Assembly: GCF_000150275.1 (NCBI RefSeq) | Contig: NW_002060945.1 | Location: 6,873,607 to 6,937,606, forward strand | Direction of reading: 5' to 3' | Source of the DNA: Trichoplax adhaerens | Taxonomy: Eukaryota; Animalia; Placozoa | DNA length: 64,000 bases | Shown here: piece by piece, positions 50,639 to 64,000 of the stretch | Layout: each line of letters opens with the position of its first letter | How positions within the stretch are numbered: position 1 is the first letter of the stretch | Notes under the pieces: generated by a model | Seen by the model: the letters and a program-made list of their open reading frames with translations, nothing else | The model's database searches: none | Told to the model about the DNA's origin: nothing | Program-made: the position numbers and the translations under genes

Positions 50639-53600
50639 AACTACTTTACAGAAGTAAAGATAGAAATAGCAAAATTGATCGATGACTAGATTATAAACGA
50701 CCAGATCGTATGGTATTATCTGTATTTGATATTCGGGCTAATACAGAAAAAGCTTTTAATAGCATTATAGTACCTCTTTATATCATATTCAGTATTCTAT
50801 ATTTATCGTAAAAGAAACGTGCTGTTACGTATTCTTAGATCTGTAGAGCACAAGATGTGCATATATAATTTCAACAACGACAGGTGCGATGGCATAAACT
50901 GGTTGACCAGTTTATGCCACTATATGCAATGGGTTTACTACTAGGTCTATTGGAAAAATTCTATTGTCCTTCTATCTTTTCATAGAATCCAACACACAAT
51001 CCTGTCTAGAAATAACAAAACAACACTTAACTTTCTCTCTGCACGACTTTAAATATCCCTATTAATTTACTAGAGCGATTCTTTCCTAAAGAAATCTTCA
51101 AAGAAAATACTCTATATAATCTACTTGTCTATCAATAATTTAAAAATTGGAACTGTGTAATAAAATAATAGTACAAAAATAGTTTATTCTTTCACGACTA
51201 CCCATTGAATCATTTCGAAAAAAACAAAATCAGTAAGTCATCAACATTAAATATAGATAGACATTGATGTTAAATATTATATAAGCTTTATGGCATGATT
51301 GGTTAGCGCTGTGATAAATAACTAACTGTATATAATGTTGTTGACGTAATTATTGATTTATTGTAGTAGCCAAAACATGCACTTGATGAGTGAATCAAGA
51401 TGGAATCATTTTATTTCTTACCGGTATACGCGTAAAAGAGCATCATATTTACGGTATTGTACCTTTTAGAAATAACGAAGTCTTAATAATCTAATCGAAG
51501 TGCTTAATACACCTTCTGCTATACCAACAAGAATTATAAAGATCACATTGTATTGACTACAGTGTATCAATCAATATGAAGTATAATCAACAGCTTTTAT
51601 ATTTTCTACGAAATATTCTTTTTTGTCTTAGTAGTCGTAAATACAGATGCGTAAAACTTATGCAATATAGTCTACGAAATAGATGATAGATTTACTCTAG
51701 TAGACTAACGTCCTCCTTTCATATTACTTTATAAATCCGGCATAGACAGCAGTGTTTTTGTTTACAATGATCTGTTCGGATTTTTAATTCACCATTATAG
51801 AGCGAATCAAGTTAGAGTAATTTAGCGATATCATTGCATGATCCAATCACTATTGTATTGCTTCTTATAGTAATATTTTTATCTATCAAGCCAATTTATT
51901 AATTTACGATATCCGCTTACCTTCGCTACGGTTTTTTTTGAAGATTTTATTGCAGTTTATAATTATAGTGTAGATATAAATTAAAAACATCGAGGCTTAT
52001 AATTATGCTTAATCGGTTTATAAATAGATTTCCATCATTTCTAAAACTATAATCCTTACTCTGCTGATTTCAATTTAATGACGCAGGCTATCATGTTTTG
52101 CATTTTCATGATATCATTCTAGAAACTACCGATCGTAATAATCTATTACTTCATACCAATAGGCTAGCAATCCGCTTGTCATAATTATGAAAATAGAGTA
52201 AAATAGGAACGTACACTACTCAACTTTATTAATATAACTTATTTAGGACAGTGGCACAGTGGCAACTATTCACAGATTTTTTGATATTCTCACAATAGAT
52301 TTGAATAAATATGCTTATTGCACTGGTTTATTAGAATTTATATAATATATTTTAGACAGTAGTATCTAATTCAAGAAAGAAAAAATATCTTAAACGAACT
52401 AATAATGATAATAACACAAGCTGGAGTAACCTACAATAGTCCAGACATTCAACTAGTATTTTATCAATTTACCAATGAACTGGTATAATTTGGATCCTAC
52501 TATTAAAGAGAGCATAGCAATTATTTTCATTAACGATATAAATATCTGAAAAATAGCTTAACTCTATTTAAACAGATAAATTGGTTATATAGGAGAGTAT
52601 AACTGTAATAGTTATACTATGCTGTTTAACTCATTATATTTCACTATTTTAAATTAAAGATTTCTGGTTTTAAATTTTAGATGAAACTGTCAAAAGTTTT
52701 TCTCCCTTCTATTGATACAATAAATAATCAAACAGGATCATCCTTAACCATTGACAATCCTTAAAAATGACGTCACAAGCTTAAGATTTATTTCCTATAG
52801 TTATTAATTGCAATTTAGAAACATTTACAGCTATCTATCTTATAATTAGGCCAAGGATGATCATCTTTAATAATGTGAGAGTTTTTTAGCAGGAATGCAC
52901 AGTTATTTTGTACCTATTCTATTCTTATAGCCATTCATTCATTGTAATGGAAAAATAATTAATAGTTGTTTTAGAATTATTACCAATGAAAAAGTGTTCT
53001 CGATGTCTAGTAATAATCTTGAACTTGATTGAAATTCGATTCTTAAATGAGAATACAATGTATTAGAAGAATAAATTTGAAACATTTAAAGAATTCTATC
53101 GCGGATGAGATTAACACTGTGATTTTTACGAAGAAAGAAAAAGACGTAATATTGTCAAGATCACAATTATTTCTATGTTAAAGCCAAAGATCATCAAGCT
53201 TACTGTTTTGACATTTATTTATTCAAATTTGAATGTTACAGTGCTGGTAGTAAATAAAGAATAAAAAATTTGAAGTAATTGAGTTAAATTAGTCATCCGT
53301 GAAATCTATACCTTAAACCGGTTCTTCATCATCTGCTACTGACATGATAAGCAAGAGTAAATTAAAAAAAGCAGGGTAAAATTTTCCAAGCATTATTTGC
53401 GAAGTCTGACAATAAAGCAGACGATCATTGGCAATAATATTTGCTTCTATAAAACATTCTAATTTGATATTTAGCCAACAACACAGGTAAAACTCATTTC
53501 AGCAATAAAACAGACGTAATTTATAGAATATTTCTGTAATAAATATGTTATATACTCCATTAATGAAACAAGCTAGCGAGAAACCTGCTTCAATTTATTA

Positions 53601-56600
53601 CCTTTTACTCTTTATTTTAACATAGTAAAACTGTATTCTTGCTCTATGATATTATGGCTGTTCTACCGTATAAGCCTTTTCATTAGATTGATTAAGTTAC
53701 TTTCTTAAACATTTAAGACTTATATGTAACAAGAGCTGTTTCCCTTTCTCGTAACTGTACTTTGGACATTTCATGTTATAATTTTATATCAGTTATATAA
53801 AATATTTATATGGACTTTTTTCTACATCGTATACGTTAATACTAATGTGTTCTTTTGTTCATACAATATACCTATACTATGCACCTTGCTAAGATATTTC
53901 CTTTTCATATTAAAGTAATTCTTATCCCTTATACTATTTATAAATTCTATTCTTACAATATCAAAGGCAACTTGAAACATAAGAAGAATCCCTTATTCTA
54001 CGATATGACTACTTTTCTTTATAGCTTTTTCAGGGAGATAGCTTAGAATACGTTTATAAAAAATGTGCTAAATTGAATTTAGGTTGAACGATAAGTTAAG
54101 ACAATCGCTTCCTTCTACTTTCTTCTAACTACATTTATATGTCCAATAAAGATAACTTATATAATTGTAGTAAAAATGTAGTTTTGATAATTTCAGTAAA
54201 ATCTATTCTTCTCCAATCTATTATGGCTAGTACCTTTTGTTTTCGAATTCATCTTTCGAAACGGATATGCCCTACATAAATATAGACTGAAAAGTGTGCT
54301 TTGAGAATATAAACCTACTATGAAATCAAGTTCTTCGTATTTTATTTTTGATATATACAGGAGTAAGCCCTACTGTGACTGTAAGTTACCTATGTTTTGA
54401 ACACCTCTTGAGTGCTACCTTTACTTTCATAATATTATACAGTCCATTAAAGTGTATAAGATAGCTGTATTACAAAATATATTAGTAAATTTTGTAAAGA
54501 ATTGACTATTAATACAGCACCAAGGAAACTGTTTATTGTTTTATGCCTATAGAAAATAATTTTTACATCCGCCAATTAAGCTTAGATTACTGTATGGTAA
54601 CAGCTTTTTGCCTGATAAGTGAAATAGTATAGTTACTTTGAAACGACATTATCTGCTTTTCTCAAGAAACAAAACATCGCGTCGTTCAATTTCCTTGGGT
54701 AAAAATAACAGCGTTATTATGGGATTAAACATGAAATTTTAGGCCATTTATTTTATATTCTTAAAATTACTGACGAATAATTAAATTTCTTAGCAAGAGA
54801 TCGCAAGTATTGCGATATTCGTACTATGCAAAAATTTAGTTGAAGATCAGTAGAGCCTTCTAATGTGTATAGTAATTCAGACTGGTTAATATCCAAAATA
54901 GGAGTACACCGGTTTGAAAAATCTGTCATACTTCCTCGCCACCCTTTTTGCATTTGAACGCAAAAGTATCGTCGATATTTTATAATATTTGTGTAATTTT
55001 CAATTTTCAATATCTGTAAGCTATTGCCACAACTACTCTTGCGACATAAGAAAACGACACGGTACTTTTAATAAACTTTACTTTAATCCGTAGAACTACT
55101 TCCCTAGCCTACGGTATTGTAGCTGGAATCCTTGCGAAGTACTAACTCGCTCAACACAATATACGATATAAAGCTATCACACAACTTAACCTTAACCTGG
55201 ATCACTTTTTATTGATCACAGTCCTTCTTATATACTCTTTCAGTAGTAATAAACATATTTACTATGCTATTAATACATTTCAATAACAAACATGTTATTA
55301 CGATTGAATTATCAAATATGGACATTCGAGGTAATAAACAATTTCATACATAAATCTACTTCGACTGTAAGCCCTGTCAAGCTGCTACAGTATGTTCCCG
55401 ATACATACTTGTAACATATTGCGATATTATGATAATATCATAATAACTTAGGTTATTACTAACAATAACAATTCCTAAAGTAGTCGCTCATACTCCTAAA
55501 AAGTTCAAAACAAAATGTCATTATAAACTACACTTCCATATCTAAGTTATTTTGGTGTCTGTGATAGCTATTTTTTTCTTTCGTACGTGATTGATTTATA
55601 TTTTATACTCTCTAGACATTAAACGCATCTTAGAATTTAGCTTCGCTCGTCAATAACTTGATACCTAAGAACCACTTAGCCTTATGATATCACAACTGCC
55701 TTTATATCAAGATAAATTTGAATTTATTTTCAAAGGTAAGCTATAATTTTTTTTCGCTTATATTGACTTGGGTAGTTCTTCGTCAACCTGCAATAAATTT
55801 TAAATTTTAATGCGCAATGTATAAACACATCATGAATTTAACTTCTTACGGTTAAAAAATTTATTTATTACGTAATTTTGTGGTAATGTTATAATCACGA
55901 AGGCAAAAAAGTTATCTGGGCATCTCGGGTTATGATACTGTTTAAAATTTGCTTCCAATTTTGTTTATTTAGCAAACACTCGAGTAATTTCAATAGCAAT
56001 ATATATAATCAATGGAGTCGATGGTTAGCTGTTTAATTTACATTAGATACACGTTTACGATGGTGGCAAGTTACGAACCTGGATCTGCATATGTAAAAAA
56101 TATGCAAGGATTTATCGAGAATGCAACCATCGAAGCGTGTAATAAGGGTATTCGCAAATATCTAAGGATATAAAAAACGTTGTAGAATAGAATCTAATAC
56201 TAAGAATATCTGGTCTTATTTATACGAAGAAAAGAAAAAAAATGGACATTCTATTAATTGAAGCCAAATAAATACTTAGCTTTCACTAAGCAGACACTCA
56301 TTTACTATGATAATAATGTAGATAGAAATACAGCACGTAAAACATGTAAGAATTTTATATTAATTCTATCATCATCTGTTGTAGTATTCTTAAAACTCAA
56401 AGGTACAGAATCAGTTAAGAAACACTCGTAATAAATTCAGTAACCTAAGTATCATGTACAAGTGTTTCAAAATAAATAGGCAACCTTAGGAAAAGTGAAA
56501 TAGTTATAACACAATATTTGCTGTACTCAAGTTTTCGACATTAACGAGATATTAAAATATTTATCTATATACTAGAATATTTACACCGTTAAGTTTGTTA

Positions 56601-56661
56601 AGAACTCTTTCCAAGAATATGTAGAATGATAGTAAGACATGATATTTGTTGTAACACAGCT

Positions 56662-57819
56662 TCATCTTTTATCGTCCTTCATAAATGCTATATGTCTCCT
56701 TCTCGCCATTTGTTGAAATTTAATCATCAATTGAGAATTATGTACACCATGTTCAGCAATAGTTTCGTACAATATTTTTCCATTATAAATGAGCTTATTA
56801 ACATCATAGGTACGAATATGAAATCTTGGATTATGAATAGGTTGAATTCCTGTATTATTAGCTAAAAGTCCGATATAGACATCGTCAATACCAGGGATTT
56901 TTTTAACATATGGAACAGATGTAATAACCTTACTAGCAGTTTCTCTTGACATAAAATAACCAAATCCAGAACAGAATCGAGGAAATCGCTCACCATTAAA
57001 ATCTTCGTAGGAAACGTAATATTTACTCTTTTTATTACGGATTGGTACATGATTAATTGAAGAGACAAAACCAATCCAACAAGAACTCAGATCGATATTT
57101 GACTCAATTCGCACGTTTAACTTGATTATCAAGTCAAATAGTCTCCATTTATTGACCCAGACATCATCATCCCCTTTATAATAAAATTGACTCCGACAAA
57201 TTTGACTAGCCCAATACATACCCAATAAAGTTTTATCGGTTAAAGACTTGTGATGCTCTTTCAAGTTAATCATTAATAAATCGCCATGATTTTTAGCTTC
57301 TTTATCGACTCGTTCATCGATGACTTTGGATCCTGTACGTCCAACAATGAAAATAACCTTCCATAAGTTTTTACTCTCAAAGCGTATATTGAATTCCGTA
57401 GGATTGCCCCAAGTTTTGCGAATACCACTACGTCGATTGAAATGATTAGCAGCACTATTAATAGCCAATACTAACAAGGGAGGATGCTTGCAAGATTTCA
57501 CACTTAGTTTTCGATCATACTTGGCGACATAATGATTGCCAATCCACTTGATAGTGTCCTCGTGAGATTCCAACGTGATGAAATTTTGCTCATTATCGAA
57601 TGTTTCGTTTATGGCAACAGTAGTATAATCATTAACACTAGCGATAGAAGTCGATTCTTGTCGACTAGGCTGACTTGGACATTGCTTTTGGTACGATGGC
57701 AATATACTTGGTTGTGTATTTAAGGTTACTAAAATGAACCATGCTGTAGTGATGAAGGCGAGTACAATTACAGCAGCAATTACTTCTCGATTTCGACGTA
57801 GGCCACAAGCCAAAGACAT
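56662..57819 (-). CDS. GT31 beta-1,3-glycosyltransferase, copy 3, intronless
   Basis: 385 aa, signal anchor, RRSGIRKTWG, LTDKT, YKGDDDVWVN, RFCSGFGY, IDDVYIG, AEHGV. Confidence 0.92.
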   Translation of the reverse strand: MSLACGLRRNREVIAAVIVLAFITTAWFILVTLNTQPSILPSYQKQCPSQPSRQESTSIASVNDYTTVAINETFDNEQNFITLESHEDTIKWIGNHYVAKYDRKLSVKSCKHPPLLVLAINSAANHFNRRSGIRKTWGNPTEFNIRFESKNLWKVIFIVGRTGSKVIDERVDKEAKNHGDLLMINLKEHHKSLTDKTLLGMYWASQICRSQFYYKGDDDVWVNKWRLFDLIIKLNVRIESNIDLSSCWIGFVSSINHVPIRNKKSKYYVSYEDFNGERFPRFCSGFGYFMSRETASKVITSVPYVKKIPGIDDVYIGLLANNTGIQPIHNPRFHIRTYDVNKLIYNGKILYETIAEHGVHNSQLMIKFQQMARRRHIAFMKDDKR

Positions 57820-60251
57820 TTTCTAAATCTTTTCCGTTAGGTGCATGTTAGTATTATTTTATGAGTCATACATTATTGTATATCTGTATTCGAGATAGCA
57901 CTTTCTTCTACGTATGAAAGAACTAGACGCAGGAGGCCAATCTATCCAGGCTAAACGAAGTGAATGGATAATAAATATAGTGATATTATTTTCAATCGAT
58001 ACTTTTACATGGCTTAGATTATAGTACCAACTAAATTACAAGACCAGTAAACTATAAAAAATTTATCGATTACTATTAAGAGTAGAACATTATATCGGCC
58101 CTATTGCTTTTATCTTTCTGCATAAATAATATATAAATATTAGCAAATTACCTGCAGTATAACAGTAAGCTTATTTTAAACGATCCAAGATAGTAGACGA
58201 TATATTGGTACTGTTACAATAATTTCCTTTGATGGATTTGAATTTTTAGTGCCGCTATAGAATCTCAACCTCATCGTTGTATCGACATCTTATTCTTCTC
58301 GATTAAATGTATTGACTATCTCTGGCATTAACAAATATCAGTAAAAACTTGTAGTTCGATATATTTACTCGTAGCTGTATCCTTATGTTGACTGTAGGAC
58401 CCACTTCTCTTTTTGGCGCTTGTCGATGACTTGTTATACCGCATAATTTATGCATTCATTATTACTGTGCCTATTATAGTAGGTAACACCACGCCATATG
58501 TACTACTACAAAAAAATTAACCTATGTGCAATTGTCCATAAGTTATTAATAGTACACTGTCAAAATAGTGCCATTAATAATGCATTGTACAGTATCGATC
58601 TTACCTAATAAGTAACTATAGTACCGATGGTATATGTAGTACTACTGTAGAGACCATATAGAATTTTAGAGATACCTATCCTGTTAATAAAAATGCTCCC
58701 CTTTATTAAGAAGTAGTCCTTTGACTATGAATATGACCGCCCATACAGGGAATAGAACAACCTATAATAGAAGTGGGGTTTACAGCTACCGTAGAGTATA
58801 TAAATAGACGCTCACTACTACATGCTGTAAGTCTGCACTTGACTCAATTAGATTAGCTGTCAATTTTAATTTTCAATTCAATCAAATTATTAACTACGGG
58901 AATCTTCATTACTTCTGGTCGATCAGTCTAGTGCCCAGACATTGCCCGTGAAGAATTGGTAGATAGCTCTACGATCCTTATCATACCATCATGCGAAAAT
59001 AATAGGTAAAAGGAGATTTAACCCTAAACTTCTAGGTTAATTGAATCGTAGATAGAGTGTATCTTCTCTGTACAAATACTTCTGTCAAATATCTACAAAC
59101 TAGGTAAAGTTTTACTATAAAAAATATCATCGGAAGAACTATAACCTGCATTTCTGTAACTTTTTATTACTGTAGTTATAGTCGTCTCTTGCTCATTTAA
59201 ACTAATCATACTATATGAGCGTAAAAAAATACGCGTTATGTATACAGAAGGACTCATTTGTGTAATCGATGGGAATAGTTCATCTGTATTTATATCGCGT
59301 AGTAATAAATAGAGTAAGTATTCATAAAGCATAACTACAAAATAAATTAATCATTCCTTGTCTACTTGAGTTGCAAAAATATAATTGACTATATTAGATG
59401 TTTACCATCTTGTAAAACGCCCCAATACATTTTCTTTATCTTTGTTTAATTCTCATGATTCAGCTATAATGGCTGCCAGAACTGTTAAAATTTAAGCAAT
59501 GGTTCCGAAGAAAGACAACTTAGACAGTTAATTATTCAGTTAGTTATTCAAATGCGTAAGTTAATCCACAAAGTCGTAATATTAATGTATATGCTTGTAT
59601 CTGAAGCTTATATTGTACACGAGTATACTATATTACGGGATATCTAGTGTTTATTTGAAACATTTTACATATCGTAGATGCAGCTGTATCTAGATTATGA
59701 TAGATAGCACTAGTACAAAGTTGTTATCATTATCTCGTATAACATGCCCGTATCATTAAAGTAATACCTATTTATCTACTACATTTAGAATCGAGTTACT
59801 TGTATTAAATCATCATCAATGTTACACATATTATGTACTGTAGTGAACTAGGATAAATTGATACAGCAAACATGTTTGTTGCACAATAAACGTGTATGCT
59901 GATAATTTGCTGTATTGAGTGATAGAGTTCGATGAGATTATTTCACTTAACCCAGTTTGCTCTATATGAAGTGCGGCTGATTCTATGACGATAGTATATA
60001 GGGTAAATAAATAAAAATATTAATAGCAAAATCTACTAAAAGAAATTTTTAACAATCAAAGAGAACTTTCCTATTAATGTATATAGATAAATAATTTACG
60101 AATGGGTACATGCATTTGGCGTTGGATAGAAATTAGTTATAATAGTTTTAAAATTATTTACGATTAAGCAGTCTACATAGAAACCTAAACTTTCTCTTTT
60201 TTATTGATACGAAAGTAGTTCTTAGGTACCGGTAGTATTCGAATATAAGCG

Positions 60252-61370
60252 ATGGCTAAAACTCTAAGACGAAAATTTATTTCATTGATACTGATATTTA
60301 TCACAATCTATGGCTGCTATCTATATTTAAGTAATTCTAATTCAGCTACTGAAAGACGAAACTACGTAACTAAGGTAGTTAATACAGAATCCTTATTTAG
60401 TGGCGAAAGGATTGGCTCATCTACCATTGAAATTGAGCGCTACCACAGTGCCCCTCCTTGTCAATCGTCTCCTTTTATTCTTCTAGCAGTTAATAGTCAC
60501 GCAAAGCATAAGTACAGGCGACAAAGTATTCGAAAATCATGGGGCTCTACTATATCGCAAAATGAAACTGATAATTTACCTGCCATTTTATGGAAAACTG
60601 TATTTATAGTTGGTATAGTTAAAGACAACAAAATTATGGAACAAGTTTATGAAGAGGCTAGATTACATAAAGACATAGTCCTAGGTATTATAGACGAAAA
60701 TCGTCGATCTTTAACTGAAAAAACTGTATTAGGTATGCTCTGGGCACAACTATATTGCCAACCGACATTTTTTTATAAAGGAGATGACGATGTGTGGGTG
60801 AATCAATTTCGTTTATATATATATGCCTTGCAAGCTAATCGATCATTTGAAGCACCAACCAATAGCTTCTGGAGAGGATTTGTAGCCGTTGATAATCGTA
60901 AACCTATTCGTAATAAAAATAGCAAGTACTATTTATCGATGCAGGACTTTAGTGAAGATCTTTTTCCACCCTTCTGTTCCGGTTTTGCTTACATCTTATC
61001 AAATCATGTCCTACAAGAAATGACACGAATGATAAAGGAAGTTGAGATGATTCCACTTGTCGATGATGTATATGTTGGATTACTCGCTAATAAATCTGGT
61101 ATTAGACCTTCACTAGAAGGCCGATTTCATTTGCGTAGTCATTTTAAAGACTTAAATCAGGAAATATTGTCTGCATTAGCAAAGCATCGCGTCTTGACAG
61201 CAAAGGATCAAGTTCTGTTTAAAAATATCAGTTATCGTCATTATCTTACCCAATTCTGTAACAAGACAATGAAGCGACAAAATATAGACTATTTCGACGA
61301 TTTTCAGTATTTTTATCAATTCAATTTTCACAAAGAATTAAATTGCTCAGACATAAATTTAGTTATTTAA
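60252..61370 (+). CDS. GT31 beta-1,3-glycosyltransferase, copy 4 (most divergent, opposite strand), intronless
   Basis: 372 aa, signal anchor, RRQSIRKSWG, LTEKT, YKGDDDVWVN, PPFCSGFAY, VDDVYVG. Confidence 0.92.
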   Translation: MAKTLRRKFISLILIFITIYGCYLYLSNSNSATERRNYVTKVVNTESLFSGERIGSSTIEIERYHSAPPCQSSPFILLAVNSHAKHKYRRQSIRKSWGSTISQNETDNLPAILWKTVFIVGIVKDNKIMEQVYEEARLHKDIVLGIIDENRRSLTEKTVLGMLWAQLYCQPTFFYKGDDDVWVNQFRLYIYALQANRSFEAPTNSFWRGFVAVDNRKPIRNKNSKYYLSMQDFSEDLFPPFCSGFAYILSNHVLQEMTRMIKEVEMIPLVDDVYVGLLANKSGIRPSLEGRFHLRSHFKDLNQEILSALAKHRVLTAKDQVLFKNISYRHYLTQFCNKTMKRQNIDYFDDFQYFYQFNFHKELNCSDINLVI

Positions 61371-64000
61371 TAACCCCTCAATTAAAATATTTACTTGGTA
61401 TGATGTGAAATTATTCGGCACTGAGGTACCATCATAGATCTATTTGTTTCATTTTGTCCCGTAGCAATTGATTTGGCAATATGGATTCTTATTTTTAGCA
61501 ATTGTCTTTTAAATCAATTTTACATGGTTTATAGCTTATATTATCCCTACTTGTTCTTTATGTCAATATAATACAGCTTTCTAAGAGTAATTCATTCACT
61601 ACCGTTTGTTGTTTGAATACTACAACTACTCGTAAAAAATTCTACCTGATCGATACTAAACTTTCTTTGGAAAGTAGCTCCCGTGAATAATACCTTTTAA
61701 AAATAATGGTTATCATGTTTACGGATTATATCCAATATGAAATTCTTTGCAATATTAATAATAATATTATGTTCCTATACTATATCTACGTCGTTATTAT
61801 TTACTGACTGATACAAAATCAGTGTGCAAAATTTTTACTACATTAGGAATGCTCAAATTTATTTCCATGATCGTATTCTTTGATATCAAATTACTTTACT
61901 CATATATCAACAAAGTTTCCCCGATCTCAAATAGTCCCGAATTTACTTTTTACTTTCTAACAGACGAATAATGTATTTGATACAGCACTTCTTCAGATAC
62001 CATAGCAAAGCAACTTTTTACGATACAGTTATTACCTCTGCTAATAGATTTACACTACTAACTTTAGATAGATCGTTCTTGAATAATATAACTATGATAT
62101 TAGTAACCATATATAAACCTGTACATTACATGAAACTGTTAAAATTTTGACAGTATACAGAATTGATTCTGGTATTTTGTACCGAAACGTACTAAAAGTT
62201 TTGTTTCATCATAAATGGATTGTGATAAATGTAATTGTGTGACATTTTAATTGACAGTTAACAGAAATTCTTAGTTTACTTTACTAGAGAAATTCAATAA
62301 AAGTTAATTACACTCTCAGAATACAATATTTACCTATTTAATTTATATCCTAGCATATATACATGACTTAAGACAAATTACTCGCATTAATACGATTGCA
62401 TTCATAATATATATTAGTAATTTGTCTGCCCTAGTTATATTAATTGCTATAAATATTAGAAATTATACCCGGCGCCTAACTAACGGTAGTATTTATTAGC
62501 TTTCACTACAAGATACTAATAATACTTACGTTCTAAAGTAATATTTTAGATGTATAATTCATCAAATACTTTAGTTTTGCAGAATAAGATCTTTGGAATA
62601 TATGTTATATATACTTATGATGCTGAAAATTGTCTAAAATTACATAAGGGGTATGTATAGACTGTGCTATGAGTAACATGAGTTAAGAGCAAAATAAGCG
62701 ATGAATTTATTAACACAGCACTATACAATAAATATATAAGTATTCTTTTACCTTATTCAGCAAGATAGCGATATATATTTACTATAGTCAAAATTAATTT
62801 CACAGCCTACATAAGCATCGTATCCAGTGTGAAGAATAGTACCACTTATATAGAGTTATTTCTGATTACAAATTATAGGATATATCATATGTACTATGCT
62901 AGCTATTACATCTCCTTGATAGGAAAATACCAGTATAATTTATAGAACTACTTTACCACATATTCTAAAACATTGCAAGTTTTCGTGTTAATAAGTCTTC
63001 TATCGTATTTAGAACTATTATGCATTACTTTATAGCTACTCTGTTAAAGTGCAGAATCATACGATCTTACTACCGGGTAATTCGTGTAAGTTTTAAACGG
63101 TGGTACGTACATATACCTGTAAAAGTATGCATTATAAAGTGAATCATTATGATTATAAAAATACTCCTCCATAACTAAAATTGCTGTCTTTTATTTATAA
63201 TACTATCGTAATCAGAGAGTATTATGAGAATGTTTGATTTTAATGTATCATCATCAATATAATGCCAATGTTATACGAACATTAAAAATGTTGCTTTATT
63301 AAGTAAATTTTGCTAGGATAAATGATATGTCCCGACATGGCATATTATAACATAATCTGCAAAGCTGCTACTTTGGCTACACTGTATAAAGGATGATAAT
63401 ATGTATAAACTCATTATTGTAGCATAGTGATTAGCAAAATGCAAGAGAGCAGTGCAAGACCTAAAAAATGCCATAAGTGAACTTATTCAATAAATAATTG
63501 ATAAGAAATTTGCCTACTATACGGTTACAAGGTAGGAAAACATTTCATTTTAGTTTAAAATTAAGGTGGAGTATATATATATATGTATTATATTGTTTTC
63601 GTAAACTGAAATATTGGAAATGTGAGTCCGTAGAAATGGGTGTAAGACATTAACACTATATCTTTACGTTATTAAAAGTATAGCATAGCTAGCCAAGTTG
63701 TTGGAGGCTTGTAGCGCGTTATGAATACATGTAAAGTTATCACTTCCTGAACAGAAATTGCCTTGCGTGTAAAACTTGCCGAATGTTTAATTGAAATAAA
63801 TATTAAAATAAGAATATTCTTTCATTGCACCTTTGTATAGTATAAGTGCATAGAAGGACTATTTATTTATAACAATAGGAGAGAAGATATTTAAATGATT
63901 GCAAAGACAACAGCAAAGAGAATTTAGTGCCTTATTACCTTACACATTTAAAATGTTATCTTCCCATCGGTGTATAGGGTATAGTAAATTTACTCGATTG

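Larger units (their letters stand above)
43800..56010. repeat. Segmental tandem duplication carrying GT31 copies 1 and 2 (unit A ~43800-48330; unit B ~48920-56010)
   Basis: Collinear anchors: 43980/49103, 45477/50601, 45760/50880, 46885/52409, 47043/54290, 47500/54734, 47975/55647, 48088/55762. Unit B has extra segments at ~52450-54165 and ~55010-55560. Confidence 0.88.

Noticed and set aside
55184-59028. Telomere-like words (cttaaccttaacc at ~55185, ttaaccctaaac at ~59018)
   Set aside because: Too short; expected by chance in AT-rich DNA.
61371-64000. Possible further gene at the window end
   Set aside because: AT-rich, no ORF of 60 aa or more and no recognisable exons.

Overview
AT-rich, intron-dense eukaryotic (animal) DNA. 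Short GT-AG introns, low GC and the gene set suggest a compact early-branching metazoan genome such as a placozoan (inference, not verified). The window holds three paralogous multi-exon CLC Cl-/H+ exchanger genes of the ClC-6/7-related GPEGP type (one on -, two on +), an intronless XXYLT1, a 5-exon DUF167/C15orf40 gene, a 3-exon AMACR and four intronless GT31 beta-1,3-glycosyltransferases. Two of the GT31 genes sit in a segmental duplication with a near-identical core. Many short local tandem duplications are present, two of which copy an exon end together with its splice donor. Most notable: an unexplained, highly structured ~195-nt RNA candidate with a canonical Sm site (199-393), the donor-amplifying arrays, 3'-clustered intron loss in CLC-C, an obligatory GC-AG intron in CLC-B, and clustered amino-acid changes inside an apparently homogenised GT31 pair. 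Exon boundaries were read by eye and may be off by a few bases.
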